A DNA stretch of 64,000 nucleotides from a virus (lineage: Duplodnaviria > Caudoviricetes). A model generated the notes under the pieces. The model saw nothing but the letters and a program-made list of their open reading frames with translations. It had not been told where the DNA came from and did not search any database. The translations under genes and the position numbers were made by a program. Where the stretch lies: positions 70,992 to 134,991 of IMG/VR virus record IMGVR_UViG_3300028886_000004. One strand, written 5' to 3'. Of this stretch, positions 7,891 to 18,624 are shown piece by piece; position 1 is the first letter of the stretch, and each line of letters starts with the position of its first letter.

Positions 7891-8144
7891 TGGGTGTTTT
7901 ACTGAATCACGAACCGGACCCGCAGTACAAGGCGCTGCATGATTTCTATCACCGCCCGAATGCTATTTCGGCAGCTAGAACTTCCCGCTCTTGGACGATT
8001 ACCGGGGTCAAGCGCCGTAAGGGAATGCTGAAGTGGACCCACTCCTTGGCAGGCCGCCGCTTCTATCGTCAGTTGGCATTGCATAAGGCATTGCACGAAC
8101 ATTTCCACATTACCATCGCCCCTAAAAAGCAGGCAAATGACTAA
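7890..8144 (+). CDS. hypothetical basic protein
   Basis: Coupled to previous stop. Confidence 0.6.
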   Translation: MGVLLNHEPDPQYKALHDFYHRPNAISAARTSRSWTITGVKRRKGMLKWTHSLAGRRFYRQLALHKALHEHFHITIAPKKQAND

Positions 8145-8153
8145 GGGGGACGA

Positions 8154-9266
8154 ATGATTACTTCTGTTGCCGTTCAGGCGTATCTTGCGCGTATCGCCGA
8201 GCTGTTTAAAGAGCAGGGGTTTGACCCCAGTATGAATGTCATTTACGATGCGGAGGAGGCTCAAACCGAGGAATGGATTTCCGACGAATTGGCCGGAAAA
8301 CATATGCAGCGTAAAGGGACAACTACAAAAGAGGATGTCCGCAGCAAACCGTTTATGGCATTGTTTTGGACCCGCTCCAGCCTTGAACCGATTATCCGGC
8401 GCCCCTATCGTTTGATAGATTCCCCGGATGAGGGTATCACCGGGCCTGCTGGCAAATCCACGGTCAATGCGAAATTCCGTATTGCGTGCGCGTTTGTGTC
8501 CAATAAGGCGGAAGCGGTGGAAGACTTGGAAGAGGCATTTGCCGCAAGATTCCAAAGCACCTACAATGTCCCGATCTCCTTGGAGTTCATCTATAATTCC
8601 GCCGAAAAGCGTCCGGAAGAAGCGAAGACGAATTTCACAGTGATACAGAATATGGGCGAAGCGGACCTCGTCAATTACAAAGAAGGCAACCTGTTTGCCT
8701 ATGCGTGGGGTGCGGAGATTCATATGAACTGCGTGTCCGAATTTGCCTGGTCCCGCGTGTTCCCGGTCGAAAAGGTCGTGGTTGATTTGTATGACCCCAA
8801 GGGCATCCCGCTTGCATCCCTGGACGCCTCCGGAAAAGCGCATACGCATACCTATACGGCTGTGGATGGCACTGAGGTGGAGAATGTGCCGGATGAACCA
8901 TTAGTCGCCTTTACAAGCGCAGATCCGCGCGATTATGCGCTATTCTCGATTACCCTGCCGTATTCCGTTCCGTATTCGGAAGGCAAGGAAGCAGCCGGTC
9001 AGGAACCTCCGATTATGCCTAGCGTGTATGGCATTTCGGATGAGGCACATGCATTGATTGAATCCGCCATCAAGGGGATCGGCGGCGAGGTATCGCTGCG
9101 CTCCACCAAGTATATGATGGTGGTGCGGATGCCTTTGGCCTTGAATCATAAGGAAGATGCAACCTATGACGAGGACCTGATGGCAACCGCCGGGGCGGTA
9201 GCCACTGCCGTGCATTCTGCCGCATCGGACGAATATATCGTGACCCCAATGCCACCCGAAGAATGA
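8154..9266 (+). CDS. hypothetical (possible neck/tail completion) protein
   Basis: RBS AAGGGG; position after portal. Confidence 0.55.
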   Translation: MITSVAVQAYLARIAELFKEQGFDPSMNVIYDAEEAQTEEWISDELAGKHMQRKGTTTKEDVRSKPFMALFWTRSSLEPIIRRPYRLIDSPDEGITGPAGKSTVNAKFRIACAFVSNKAEAVEDLEEAFAARFQSTYNVPISLEFIYNSAEKRPEEAKTNFTVIQNMGEADLVNYKEGNLFAYAWGAEIHMNCVSEFAWSRVFPVEKVVVDLYDPKGIPLASLDASGKAHTHTYTAVDGTEVENVPDEPLVAFTSADPRDYALFSITLPYSVPYSEGKEAAGQEPPIMPSVYGISDEAHALIESAIKGIGGEVSLRSTKYMMVVRMPLALNHKEDATYDEDLMATAGAVATAVHSAASDEYIVTPMPPEE

Positions 9267-9673
9267 CCCAAAAGAAAAAGTATATCTATTTTGCCGGGGA
9301 CAACCTCCTCGGCACTAAGTATTATCGCCGGGCGGTGATTGTCGGCGAGACCACAGATCTAATCCATCGACAGCACATGTATACCCCGGGGAAGGGGATG
9401 GTTACTCCAGCCACCGGGGACTTGGTTTCCTACTCCGGATTGAAGAACCTGCCGTGGCCTTTTATGGACTATTTCGAGGCGCCGGCCGGAATGTCGGACA
9501 AGGACCTGCACGAACTTTTTACGATGGTCCGCCCTTTCAAGGATTTCGTTTACCCGATAAAGGATATGCAAAATATGCACACAAAGGAGGCCTTCGGTTT
9601 TTGGGGGACCACTTCTTTGGAGGATGCCATCGCGCAATTGAAGCGCCTCCTGCTTGAGCATCTAGGTGGTTAA
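9263..9673 (+). CDS. hypothetical protein
   Basis: ATGA overlap. Confidence 0.65.
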   Translation: MTQKKKYIYFAGDNLLGTKYYRRAVIVGETTDLIHRQHMYTPGKGMVTPATGDLVSYSGLKNLPWPFMDYFEAPAGMSDKDLHELFTMVRPFKDFVYPIKDMQNMHTKEAFGFWGTTSLEDAIAQLKRLLLEHLGG

Positions 9674-9709
9674 ACCCTTCCAGTAATGTATATTTTGGAG
9701 GAGGTTAAT

Positions 9710-10831
9710 ATGCACATCAATTTTGTTGTCCAGCAAAATGAAGCCTCCGCATTGACCCGCGGCGGGCGCCCTACAAAGCTGTTTGATGTAGTCGATCTTA
9801 TTTTGAAGAACGGCGGTTCTGTCCGTGGAAAGGATTTGAAGCCGCTGTTCCCGCAACTCCCCGCATTGTATTCCTTGCTGAAAAGCGAGCCCGGTCTCGT
9901 CCGTGATACCACCGGCGCCTTCCCCACCTTGTCCGTTTCGGATGACCTGTATCAGCGCTATGTGGCAGCCTGCAAGGAAATGAATCGTCCTTACTATGAC
10001 CAAAAGGGCGCCCAGCAAGGCGCTCCGGCCGGCACGCCTGCCACCCCGGCGCCTGCCCAAGAACCGGCTGCCTCGGAAGAGCCTCCTGCCGAGCCGACCC
10101 ACTGGTGGAAGTATACCTTCAAAAATGACAAGTGCGAGTTCAAGTGCAGCCCCACGAAAATCACCATCAAGCAAAAAACGCGCGATGGCTGGAAGACCTC
10201 GACCATTAGAAAGGGAAGCGCCCGCTCGGATCTCTATGATGCCGTGCGCATTTCCGCCTACAGTTACGAGCACGATGATTTGGATAAAAGATTGGGCATT
10301 GCCGTGAAGGTTATGCTGTATGCAGGTTACAGCCGAATCGAATACGAAAACTTCAAGCCGAACCGCGAAAACATCCTTCACCTGACCGAATGCCTTGACG
10401 GCGTGTTTGGTGTCCCCGCCAATTACTGGAAGCCGACCGAAGCAGGCTGCCTCGCGAAGGTCAAGAGCCTGATTAAGAAGCGCGTCGCGGACAACGACTA
10501 CGGGTCCATTGTCCTGAATGATATCACGCTGTCCGGGAAGACATTGAATGTCAATGTGGAATTTTATAAGAAGGCGTATGGCGATGGCTATGACCGCAAT
10601 TATTATGGCCGCTGGACGTTTAATGATTTGAGCGAATTTGGATCCCGCCACAGCACGGAATACCCCGAAAATGCGTGGTGGGATGGAACGACCTCCAGGG
10701 ATACTCCAAGCGGGGTTGTTCAAAAACTGGTATTCTTCAGCGACGACGCGGATACGAAGGGCGCCACGCCTAACTACTTCGCAATGATCGCGGATGAAAT
10801 TTGTATCACTGAATATTTAAGCGCTGACTAA
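9710..10831 (+). CDS. hypothetical, candidate internal head protein
   Basis: GGAGG RBS; N-terminus MHINFVVQQNEA. Confidence 0.65.
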   Translation: MHINFVVQQNEASALTRGGRPTKLFDVVDLILKNGGSVRGKDLKPLFPQLPALYSLLKSEPGLVRDTTGAFPTLSVSDDLYQRYVAACKEMNRPYYDQKGAQQGAPAGTPATPAPAQEPAASEEPPAEPTHWWKYTFKNDKCEFKCSPTKITIKQKTRDGWKTSTIRKGSARSDLYDAVRISAYSYEHDDLDKRLGIAVKVMLYAGYSRIEYENFKPNRENILHLTECLDGVFGVPANYWKPTEAGCLAKVKSLIKKRVADNDYGSIVLNDITLSGKTLNVNVEFYKKAYGDGYDRNYYGRWTFNDLSEFGSRHSTEYPENAWWDGTTSRDTPSGVVQKLVFFSDDADTKGATPNYFAMIADEICITEYLSAD

Positions 10832-10843
10832 AAGAGGTCAATT

Positions 10844-11233
10844 ATGTATGTAAAAAAGAAGTACGAAGCTAATGAACCGAAGGGGTTTGTCACGTCCATC
10901 AATAGTTGCTATAACGCCTATTGCGAACCTACGCCGGATGGCATCCTGCTTGAAGTGACCCTTATTGGGCGCGATGAGAAAGATGCCGCTACCGCTGCCG
11001 TAAACGTGGCGAAGCCGCTTACCGAAGAAAAGATCTCGGCTGCCCTTCAGTATGCAGCCTTGAAAGGCATTCACGATTACATCGGCAACAACCTTGTGGC
11101 GCCTTCCAAGGATGGCGGCGCCTCAACAAAGAAGGTTGCGGACTATTCCGAATTGTTTACCCAAAAACTTGGTTACGAGCGCCACTTCAACGGTGCCGCC
11201 GCCGAGATCTTCCAGCGCGTTAGCAAGGAGTAA
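10844..11233 (+). CDS. hypothetical, candidate internal head protein
   Basis: N-terminus MYVKKKYEA shared with next gene. Confidence 0.7.
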   Translation: MYVKKKYEANEPKGFVTSINSCYNAYCEPTPDGILLEVTLIGRDEKDAATAAVNVAKPLTEEKISAALQYAALKGIHDYIGNNLVAPSKDGGASTKKVADYSELFTQKLGYERHFNGAAAEIFQRVSKE

Positions 11234-11236
11234 ACC

Positions 11237-12757
11237 GTGTTTATCAAGAAGAAATACGAGGCATCCAGCCCTTTCAAAATCACGGATGTGAAGTGCGACC
11301 AAAAGTGGCTCGCCGAGGCGGGGAATGACGGCTTGGTTGTTTCCTGCCTGATCAACGGCGTTCCTTGCAAGTTCCCGTTTAAGGGGGCACGCTGGAGCAA
11401 GGTGATGGTGGGCGGCCTTGGCATTGATTGCGAAGATGCCCTCTTCCCTCGCAGCGGATCCTTTTGGCCGGAACATGTTAAAATCGCAACGGAAGGCGGC
11501 GGGAATTATTACTACCCGCTTTGCATCAATGATGATGTTGTGAAGTCCCAGCCGAAGGAAAATCAAAAGGATTTCCGTTTTACCGGACAGCTGTATTCCA
11601 CGGCGCCGATCGCCAAGGCTTTCAAGACCAAGCTGCTTGAATTGTACAACAAAGGCTATCTCACCCAAAAATTCCTTGAACACGTAGGCGCCGCCGAAGC
11701 GACCACGGAAGCCCGCAAGGATAAGGTGGACTGGAATGATCTCGCCTATTGGGTTTCGAAGGCAAACGAACCCGAATATGGTGATATGCGTATCACCTTG
11801 AAGGAAATTGCCGACCACGCGCATACCACCGTCGATGATGTCAAGGCGCACGCCTATGATATGCTGAAGACAATGCGCGGGATTGATTGTATTGACGATG
11901 TCTACTGGCGTGGCGATACGGACTCTCCCATTACTTTCACCAAGAAGAAAATGTGGTATGAGGATCGCGTCGCCAACGAGGCAACCCTTATGATTCGCGG
12001 CGGCAAGGCAACCGGCCTTCTTGAAGTGGTCGGCCGCATTGCGCAGGCAAAGAATCAGGCGCGTGCTCAGGACTTGCAGGGAATCTTCTCCCACTATATG
12101 GCATTGTCCAATGTTCTTTTGAACACCGATGGCATTACGCGCGAGCAGGTCCCCGGAAAGCCCTATTATGTTTACAGCGTGAATGACTTTCTCCATTCCT
12201 ACTACAAGGATGCCTGCCGTGAATTGGGCCGTGGCTACTACGAACTCGATGGCAAGTATGTACCGGGGAAGAAGGATAGCACGCCGCAAAAGCCGCAAAC
12301 CCCTCCGGCTCCAGCCAAGAAGCCCGAAGGCACGGTGCTGCCTTTTGAACAATGCTTCTTTGCCTCTATGATTCTTGACGCCAAGGATTACAGCGGCGGA
12401 CGCGAATGTTCTTGGATTGACCCCAAGAATCTCAGTCGCGTGTTGGCTGCCTACGAGGACGATGATGGCACCCCGCTTTCCCGCAAGATGGGCGATCTCA
12501 AACAAAAGTATGAACGCCTCAAGGAAAAGTGCCTTGCGGATGGAAAGTCCAAGGTTGCCCGCGTCGGCGAGGACTACGGAACCGTTGATTCGGATTGCAT
12601 CCCGGATATCAAGGATTACCTTGAAATGTGGCCGAAGCATAGCCGCGACGGGCGCGTGCAGGAGGCGACCTCCCTTTGGATGTGCGTTGCGCCTTCCAGG
12701 GACAAGGTCAAATTCGATAGCAACGAATGGAATAGCCGCCCGGTCATTGACGTGTAA
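11237..12757 (+). CDS. hypothetical, candidate internal head protein
   Basis: GTG start after AGGAG; N-terminus MFIKKKYEA. Confidence 0.7.
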   Translation: MFIKKKYEASSPFKITDVKCDQKWLAEAGNDGLVVSCLINGVPCKFPFKGARWSKVMVGGLGIDCEDALFPRSGSFWPEHVKIATEGGGNYYYPLCINDDVVKSQPKENQKDFRFTGQLYSTAPIAKAFKTKLLELYNKGYLTQKFLEHVGAAEATTEARKDKVDWNDLAYWVSKANEPEYGDMRITLKEIADHAHTTVDDVKAHAYDMLKTMRGIDCIDDVYWRGDTDSPITFTKKKMWYEDRVANEATLMIRGGKATGLLEVVGRIAQAKNQARAQDLQGIFSHYMALSNVLLNTDGITREQVPGKPYYVYSVNDFLHSYYKDACRELGRGYYELDGKYVPGKKDSTPQKPQTPPAPAKKPEGTVLPFEQCFFASMILDAKDYSGGRECSWIDPKNLSRVLAAYEDDDGTPLSRKMGDLKQKYERLKEKCLADGKSKVARVGEDYGTVDSDCIPDIKDYLEMWPKHSRDGRVQEATSLWMCVAPSRDKVKFDSNEWNSRPVIDV

Positions 12758-12773
12758 TTCCGTATAATAGTTC

Positions 12774-12876
12774 TATCAGCCGATAAGGAAAGGTATTCCC
12801 CAAACGTCCAAGGACCATTTTTTTGTTTCACCCTTATTGGTTGGTGGAAAGGCGTCGGAGCGATTCGGCGCCTTTC
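12774..12876 (+). ncRNA. candidate small RNA
   Basis: TATAAT at 12763, 15-bp GU-rich stem 12774-12788/12832-12846, then GC hairpin. Confidence 0.45.
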
Positions 12877-12900
12877 ATATTTCACACATAGGAGAATGCA

Positions 12901-13713
12901 ATGCAACAGTATCTCAATCTACTCAAGGACATCATTGAAAATGGCGTGGACCGCTCCGATCGCACCGGAACCGGAACCCGCTCCGTATTTGGCCGCCAAA
13001 TCCGTTTTGATCTTTCGGCGGGATTCCCGTGCCTCACTACAAAGAAACTTTCTTTGCGCAGCATTATCTACGAGCTGCTTTGGTTCTTGAAAGGCGAAAC
13101 CAATATCCGGTATCTTCACGAACATATGGTTTCGATTTGGGACGAATGGGCTGACGAGAACGGCGAATTGGGCCCGGTATATGGCCGCCAGTGGCGCTCG
13201 TGGCCGACACCGAATGGAGGGCACATTGACCAAATTTCCAACGTGCTGGATTCCCTCAAAAACAACCCGGATTCAAGGCGCCACGTAGTTAGCGCTTGGA
13301 ACGTGGCCGACGTGGACAATATGGCTCTCCCGCCTTGCCATTGCCTCTTCCAGTTCTATGTGGGCGGCGTAGGCGCCAGCGGAAAGCGCCGTTTGAGCTG
13401 CCAGCTTTATCAGCGTAGCGCCGATGTGTTTTTGGGAGTCCCGTTTAACATTGCCTCGTACTCCCTGCTGACAATGATGATTGCACAGGTATGCGGCTAT
13501 GAACCGGGAGAATTTGTCCACACGTTCGGGGACTTGCATTTGTACAGCAACCACTTTGAGCAGGCGAATCTCCAGCTCTCTCGCGACCCTCGCCCCTTGC
13601 CTACTATGAAATTGAATCCGGAAATCACGGACCTGTTTAAATTTGATTTCACGGACTTCACGCTGCTCAACTACAACCCGCATCCTGCCATCAAGGCGCC
13701 TATTGCGGTGTAA
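12901..13713 (+). CDS. thyA: thymidylate synthase
   Basis: [40 protein letters not shown]. Confidence 0.98.
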   Translation: MQQYLNLLKDIIENGVDRSDRTGTGTRSVFGRQIRFDLSAGFPCLTTKKLSLRSIIYELLWFLKGETNIRYLHEHMVSIWDEWADENGELGPVYGRQWRSWPTPNGGHIDQISNVLDSLKNNPDSRRHVVSAWNVADVDNMALPPCHCLFQFYVGGVGASGKRRLSCQLYQRSADVFLGVPFNIASYSLLTMMIAQVCGYEPGEFVHTFGDLHLYSNHFEQANLQLSRDPRPLPTMKLNPEITDLFKFDFTDFTLLNYNPHPAIKAPIAV

Positions 13714-13828
13714 ACGTATATTAGGTATACGATCGATCCAGGGAAGAAGGGCGGTCCGTGAAAGCCGGAGTAAATACGAATGATTCCCGAGCCCGCCTCT
13801 ATTCCCGCTTTTTACAAGGAGATTTAAA

Positions 13829-14521
13829 TTGGAACGCAAATACACCATCACAGAAGAAACCGTAATCACCAAAAACATCTTCAATAAGGAAGATGAAAAG
13901 ATGGTGGAGCACCTTCTCCGCAAGATGCTTGGTATCCCCGAAAACGTGGAACTTGACGATAACCTGAAGGACACGCCGCATCGCTGGTGCAAGCTGTGGA
14001 CTGAAATGACCGAAGGCTATCGCACCAACCCCGCCGATTACCTGAACAAGATGTTCCCGGTAAATAGCGAAAATATGGCGGACGATGCCGAGAAGCGCCA
14101 CTTTGACGGCAGCGCCACCAAGCCGATGTACGAACAGGGAATTGTGGTGGTGTCCACCGATGCGTGGTCCAGCTGTTGCCACCATTTGGCTCCGATGCAT
14201 TGCCGCGTGGATGTGGCATACATTCCGAAGGACAATGTCGTGGGCCTTTCCAAGATTGTCCGTATGGTGAAAATGTATGGCCGCCGCCTGAATCTTCAGG
14301 AGGGCTGGCAGGCAAACATCGCGGACGCCATTATGGAAAAGCTGGGGGCCTTGGCGGTTGCTGTCCGCATCAGCGGCATTCATTCCTGCGTTTCTATGCG
14401 TGGCGCCAGTGAACAGACCTCGAAAACAACCACAAGTTGCGTGCGTGGAATCTTCACGGAAAATGATGCTGCCCGTGCCGAGGCATTTGCCTTGATGGAC
14501 AAAAACAAAAACAAGGACTAG
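13829..14521 (+). CDS. folE: GTP cyclohydrolase I
   Basis: LKDTPHR, SCCHHL, VGLSKIVR, RRLNLQE, HSCVSMRG; TTG start after AGGAG. Confidence 0.93.
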   Translation: MERKYTITEETVITKNIFNKEDEKMVEHLLRKMLGIPENVELDDNLKDTPHRWCKLWTEMTEGYRTNPADYLNKMFPVNSENMADDAEKRHFDGSATKPMYEQGIVVVSTDAWSSCCHHLAPMHCRVDVAYIPKDNVVGLSKIVRMVKMYGRRLNLQEGWQANIADAIMEKLGALAVAVRISGIHSCVSMRGASEQTSKTTTSCVRGIFTENDAARAEAFALMDKNKNKD

Positions 14522-14526
14522 TCCTT

Positions 14527-14736
14527 ATGTTCGACAAGGCGCGGACAAAGTCCAATCTTGAAGATGCCGGATTTGATGAAGATGATCTTGGCAATCTTCT
14601 TGAAGGGCTGGAGACATCCAACGATGGAGCAACCTTTCGTGATTTCATTACGCACCTGTCCTTTACCGGGGACTATTCAGCAGTGTATGATTCGGACGAG
14701 CCGTGGTATCGTGCGATGGCGTGCATCCATTGGTAA
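14527..14736 (+). CDS. small acidic hypothetical protein
   Basis: Follows folE directly. Confidence 0.5.
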   Translation: MFDKARTKSNLEDAGFDEDDLGNLLEGLETSNDGATFRDFITHLSFTGDYSAVYDSDEPWYRAMACIHW

Positions 14737-14831
14737 AGTAGTCCCTTACAAAAAAATTTTCCAAATAAATGCGGCCGTGGTGCATCCCCGGCGCATTTTT
14801 TCTTATTTTTAACGCATAAGGAGTTCAATAC

Positions 14832-15863
14832 ATGTCTCAAAGAATTATAGATGCCGTTCCGTTCGAGCATTACACCCTTATCGAAGACAAGGCACAAATT
14901 TCCGAATCCTTCAAGGACGAAGTGAATAATAGCCGTGGCGCTATCCTTGCAATTGTTAAGGGAAAGCACTTCTGCCCCGATGGCACCTCCCGCAACCACC
15001 GCTTCTATCCCAAGGCACTTTGGCTTGGAGTGAAGAACGATGAAAACTTTATGGCACGCCTCAAGCGTAATGGGGTTGTGGGCCGCGTGGGACACGAACC
15101 GGAAATCACCGATGAAGATATCGGCGAAGGAAATTACTCCCATTTTACCCGCAATATCAATTGGGAAACCGGTGAAGCGGAGTCCGTCATTGTGGACACC
15201 CCGATGGGCCGCAACCTGCTTACCGCCCTTCGCGCCGGAATCCAGCTTTTTGTAAGTTCCCGCGCAACCGGCGATTATTGCGGAAAGAATGATGAAGGGA
15301 ACGATATTATGGACGCCAAGACCTATGCGCTTGAACGTTTTGATTTCGTTCAGGACCCCGGATTTCTTGAAGCTCATCCGACTCTTGTGTCCGAATCCCT
15401 TAACAAGGGCGGAGCCAAGAGTGCGGTTGCTGAAGCGCTTCTCCGCATTGCGCAGAAGATTGGTGCCTCTGTATTTCTCGACGGCCGCCGTTACGTGGTC
15501 GAATCCCTTGATGCTAAGGGGATTCACATGGCTACGGAGGACACCAATCTTCGCGAAACTTATGAAAGCCACGACTTCGAAGATGTCCTCCCCGATCTTG
15601 AAAAAGCTATTGTGTCCGCTGCTTCAAAGAATGAAGCGCTCGCCAATGATTTGAAGAGCGCCAACAACGATTTGAAGATTGCCCGCTTTGCCAACGACCA
15701 GGGACTGGACGAAGAACATGTCCGCAAGCGTTTGCAAGAAGGCGCAACGTTGGAAATGATCGCAAAGGAGCATCCGGCGCCGCAACAGACGTATCGCATT
15801 GCCGAACAACATGTTCCGTCGAAGCCGAAACACGAGTCCGTCCTCAACCGAATTTTTAGATAA
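14832..15863 (+). CDS. prohead protease (T4 gp21-like)
   Basis: RNHRFYP, GHEP, DTPMGR, VSSRATG, FDFVQDPGF. Confidence 0.85.
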   Translation: MSQRIIDAVPFEHYTLIEDKAQISESFKDEVNNSRGAILAIVKGKHFCPDGTSRNHRFYPKALWLGVKNDENFMARLKRNGVVGRVGHEPEITDEDIGEGNYSHFTRNINWETGEAESVIVDTPMGRNLLTALRAGIQLFVSSRATGDYCGKNDEGNDIMDAKTYALERFDFVQDPGFLEAHPTLVSESLNKGGAKSAVAEALLRIAQKIGASVFLDGRRYVVESLDAKGIHMATEDTNLRETYESHDFEDVLPDLEKAIVSAASKNEALANDLKSANNDLKIARFANDQGLDEEHVRKRLQEGATLEMIAKEHPAPQQTYRIAEQHVPSKPKHESVLNRIFR

Positions 15864-15873
15864 CGGGGGGTGT

Positions 15874-15902
15874 TGCCCTTCATATCAAAATGAGTTATAT
15901 TA
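15874..15902 (+). promoter_or_regulatory. sigma70-type promoter for scaffold-capsid genes
   Basis: TTGCCC-17nt-TATATT. Confidence 0.55.
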
Positions 15903-15933
15903 CTGTTAAACATTCCCTAAGGAGTAAAAACTT

Positions 15934-16434
15934 ATGAGCATCAAAATTTTGAAGAAGTTTACGGGCAAGAAGAGCGAATCGGCCGCATCCGTAGCCGCAC
16001 GCCTTCGTGAACGTAACAAAGCCCGTGCTGAAGCTCTCGCTAAGGCCAAGCAGGCTGCTGCTGCAAAGAAGAACGAAGATGAAGGTGGTGAAGGCGATCA
16101 GGTTGATGACATCAACATGGACGCTGAAACTGCTGAAGTCCTGTTCTCCACCAAGGACGTCAACTATGATGGTCCGATGCAGGTTCTCGTTGGCGAAGAT
16201 CCGGTTGACGGCGGCATTGTTGTAGCTGTTGCCACCGCAGAAAAGGACAACGTGGAAGAAGAAGAAGTCCTCGCCTCCATCACGGTCGGCGAAGGCGACG
16301 CCCCTGCTGCCGGAAACGGCGAAGCCGGAAACGGTGAAGAAACTGAAGAATCCAAGAAGGCTGCTGCGGACGCTGCAAAGGCTAAGGCCGTTGAAGAAGC
16401 TCGCACTGCCATCAAGGCCCGCCTCAAAAAGTAA
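15934..16434 (+). CDS. putative scaffold/prohead core protein
   Basis: Highly charged, between protease and capsid genes. Confidence 0.55.
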   Translation: MSIKILKKFTGKKSESAASVAARLRERNKARAEALAKAKQAAAAKKNEDEGGEGDQVDDINMDAETAEVLFSTKDVNYDGPMQVLVGEDPVDGGIVVAVATAEKDNVEEEEVLASITVGEGDAPAAGNGEAGNGEETEESKKAAADAAKAKAVEEARTAIKARLKK

Positions 16435-16452
16435 TTACAAGGAGATCACATT

Positions 16453-18153
16453 ATGGCCCAGCCCGTAAATGAAAAGAATGTCGACGAAGATTTGCTCGTT
16501 GCCAAGCACCAGCGCCAGCTCGAATCTTACGATCGCAAGTATGCCGAACAGTTCGAAGCCCTCGCCAAGTCCGAAACCTATAAGGGCGGCCTTGATGACA
16601 ACGCTCGTTTTGTCCTCGGCTCCAACCTCGACGCCTACAAGCGTTATGAAGCCGACCTCGTGTCCGGTGGCTCTTCCGCCAGCTCCCTTGGCAAGCTCCC
16701 GACCATCGCAGTTGACCTCATCAGCGCAACCTACGGCCTCACTGTTGCCCCGCAGCTCGCCTCGATGCAGAACATCGAAGAAGACCAGGGCATCGTTTAC
16801 TTCAAGAAGGTGTTTACCCACGGTTATCCGTTCACCGCTACGAAGGGTCTTCCGGCTCTTCCGAACGATGGCTGGATGGACGCCGATGGTAACGAACCGG
16901 GCTCCTTGCTGAACGGCAAGTGGAAGACCTGGCACGACCACCGTGGCGCCCCGACCGGTTCCGAAGGTGCTTCTTCCGCAGGCAAGCTCCCGTCCGAAGA
17001 CATCTCCGCCAAGAACTTTGACGCCATCACGTTTGACGCTCTCAAGGGCTGGCAGTCCTCTCCGACCGCCTACATGTCCGAACGTCAGGTTGCTAAGGTC
17101 TCCAACGGCCAGTGCACCCTTCCGAACGTGATCGGTAACACCCGCTGGAACGTCCCGATGGATGTCCGCCTTGTCAACGAAGATGGCAAGTATGTGGACC
17201 TCAAGGGTATGTGCGATGGTCCGGGTATGCTTCCGACCTTCTGGGGCAACGGCGTGACTGTTGAAGTCGAAGCCAGCGGCAACGACCTCATCCTCATCTT
17301 TGACGGCAAGATCGCCGGCAAGGACATCATCGGCGGTGCCGTCGCTTATGATGTGGACTTCGAAAAGGCTCCGGATGTGCCGACGATTGAATTCGCCACC
17401 ACGTCCACCTTCGTCAACGCCCACATCTTCGGCGTGAAGGAACTCACTGGTGACTTCAAGTCCTTCCAGTTCAAGAAGCGCTTTGGCCGTGCTGCCGAAG
17501 ACGAAGTGGTTATGGACCTCTCCGGCCACCTCGCTCAGGCTGAATCCGAAAAGGTGATTGGCGCCCTCAAGCGTGCTGCAAATGCCAACGGCAAGCCGCT
17601 CACTTGGAACGTCAACTGCCCGGTCGCCATTGCTGAAGCCCAGCACCGTAAGAGCTTGCTCTTCACGATCAACGCTGGTAGCTCCATCATCGGTACCCGT
17701 TGCGGTCGCGGCCGCATCAACCGCATCGTGGCTGGTTACACGGCTTGCGAATACCTCGCATCCCTCGACGGCTTCCGTCAGGCTCCTGCACAGAACGGCA
17801 TTGGCCCGCACGTGTTCGGTACCCTCGAAAACGAAGGCATCACGATTATCCGTTCCAGCACGGTTGTTGCTACGAACGAAATCATCGGTTGCTACATCAA
17901 CCCGAACTCCCCGTGGGAAGCTGCCGTGGTTGACGCAACCTACATGCCGGCGTTCCTCACGGACACCATCAAGGTTGCCCACAACCCGTTCCAAAACATG
18001 CGTGCTATCGCTGCTTGGAAGGCAATCGAAACGGTTGTCCCGCAGTTCGTGGTCCGCATCGTTTTGACCAAGGCTCCGATCGTCACCCCGGATGCAACTG
18101 TTGCACTGGTCAATCCGACCTCCGGTAACAGCTCCGCTGGCTCTCAGGGCTAA
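16453..18153 (+). CDS. major capsid protein (T4 gp23-like)
   Basis: 566 aa, strongest codon bias in window, ASMQNI..QGIVYF and YMP motifs, strong terminator after. Confidence 0.85.
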   Translation: MAQPVNEKNVDEDLLVAKHQRQLESYDRKYAEQFEALAKSETYKGGLDDNARFVLGSNLDAYKRYEADLVSGGSSASSLGKLPTIAVDLISATYGLTVAPQLASMQNIEEDQGIVYFKKVFTHGYPFTATKGLPALPNDGWMDADGNEPGSLLNGKWKTWHDHRGAPTGSEGASSAGKLPSEDISAKNFDAITFDALKGWQSSPTAYMSERQVAKVSNGQCTLPNVIGNTRWNVPMDVRLVNEDGKYVDLKGMCDGPGMLPTFWGNGVTVEVEASGNDLILIFDGKIAGKDIIGGAVAYDVDFEKAPDVPTIEFATTSTFVNAHIFGVKELTGDFKSFQFKKRFGRAAEDEVVMDLSGHLAQAESEKVIGALKRAANANGKPLTWNVNCPVAIAEAQHRKSLLFTINAGSSIIGTRCGRGRINRIVAGYTACEYLASLDGFRQAPAQNGIGPHVFGTLENEGITIIRSSTVVATNEIIGCYINPNSPWEAAVVDATYMPAFLTDTIKVAHNPFQNMRAIAAWKAIETVVPQFVVRIVLTKAPIVTPDATVALVNPTSGNSSAGSQG

Positions 18154-18174
18154 TCAAGGTTTCTTTCCTTGAGT

Positions 18175-18203
18175 AAAGGCTCCCGCTCACGCGGGAGCTT
18201 TTC
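18175..18203 (+). terminator. intrinsic terminator after capsid gene
   Basis: AAAGGCTCCCGC-TCAC-GCGGGAGCTTTT. Confidence 0.8.
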
Positions 18204-18253
18204 TTGTCCTTCCGTATATTTGAAAAAGTCACATTATACAAAGGAGTAAACCA

Positions 18254-18460
18254 ATGACTCAAAAAGAGATAATCGCGAAGGTCCACGATGAGACGACCGG
18301 TCGCGTTCCCCTCACTGAAATTGTCCATCGAATTGCCGATGTGATTGTGCAGGCTGGCGAGACAAGCCTCCCCGCCGTGCTTGCCCGCCTGGAACCTGCT
18401 TCCATTGCATATGCGCACGCATATCCCGATGACATTTCGGATGGTCCGTGGGATATCTAG
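18254..18460 (+). CDS. hypothetical protein
   Basis: -10 box and AAGGAG RBS. Confidence 0.6.
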   Translation: MTQKEIIAKVHDETTGRVPLTEIVHRIADVIVQAGETSLPAVLARLEPASIAYAHAYPDDISDGPWDI

Positions 18461-18560
18461 TTAATTGCGCATAATGCGCTTATAGGCGCTTCAAATATCT
18501 TAATCAGGTATTTGGGCGCCTTTTTATTTTATGAGGCTATAAGCGCGTTTATTTGCAAGG
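18461..18560. repeat. periodic GC/AT intergenic element (copy)
   Basis: Inverted arms GCGCTTATAGGC / GGCTATAAGCGC with ~10-bp phasing. Confidence 0.45.
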
Positions 18561-18624
18561 TATGTGCCCCTGCACGGAATATGTTATTATTTTTCTACTA
18601 GAAAACCCTATAGGAGATCTAATC

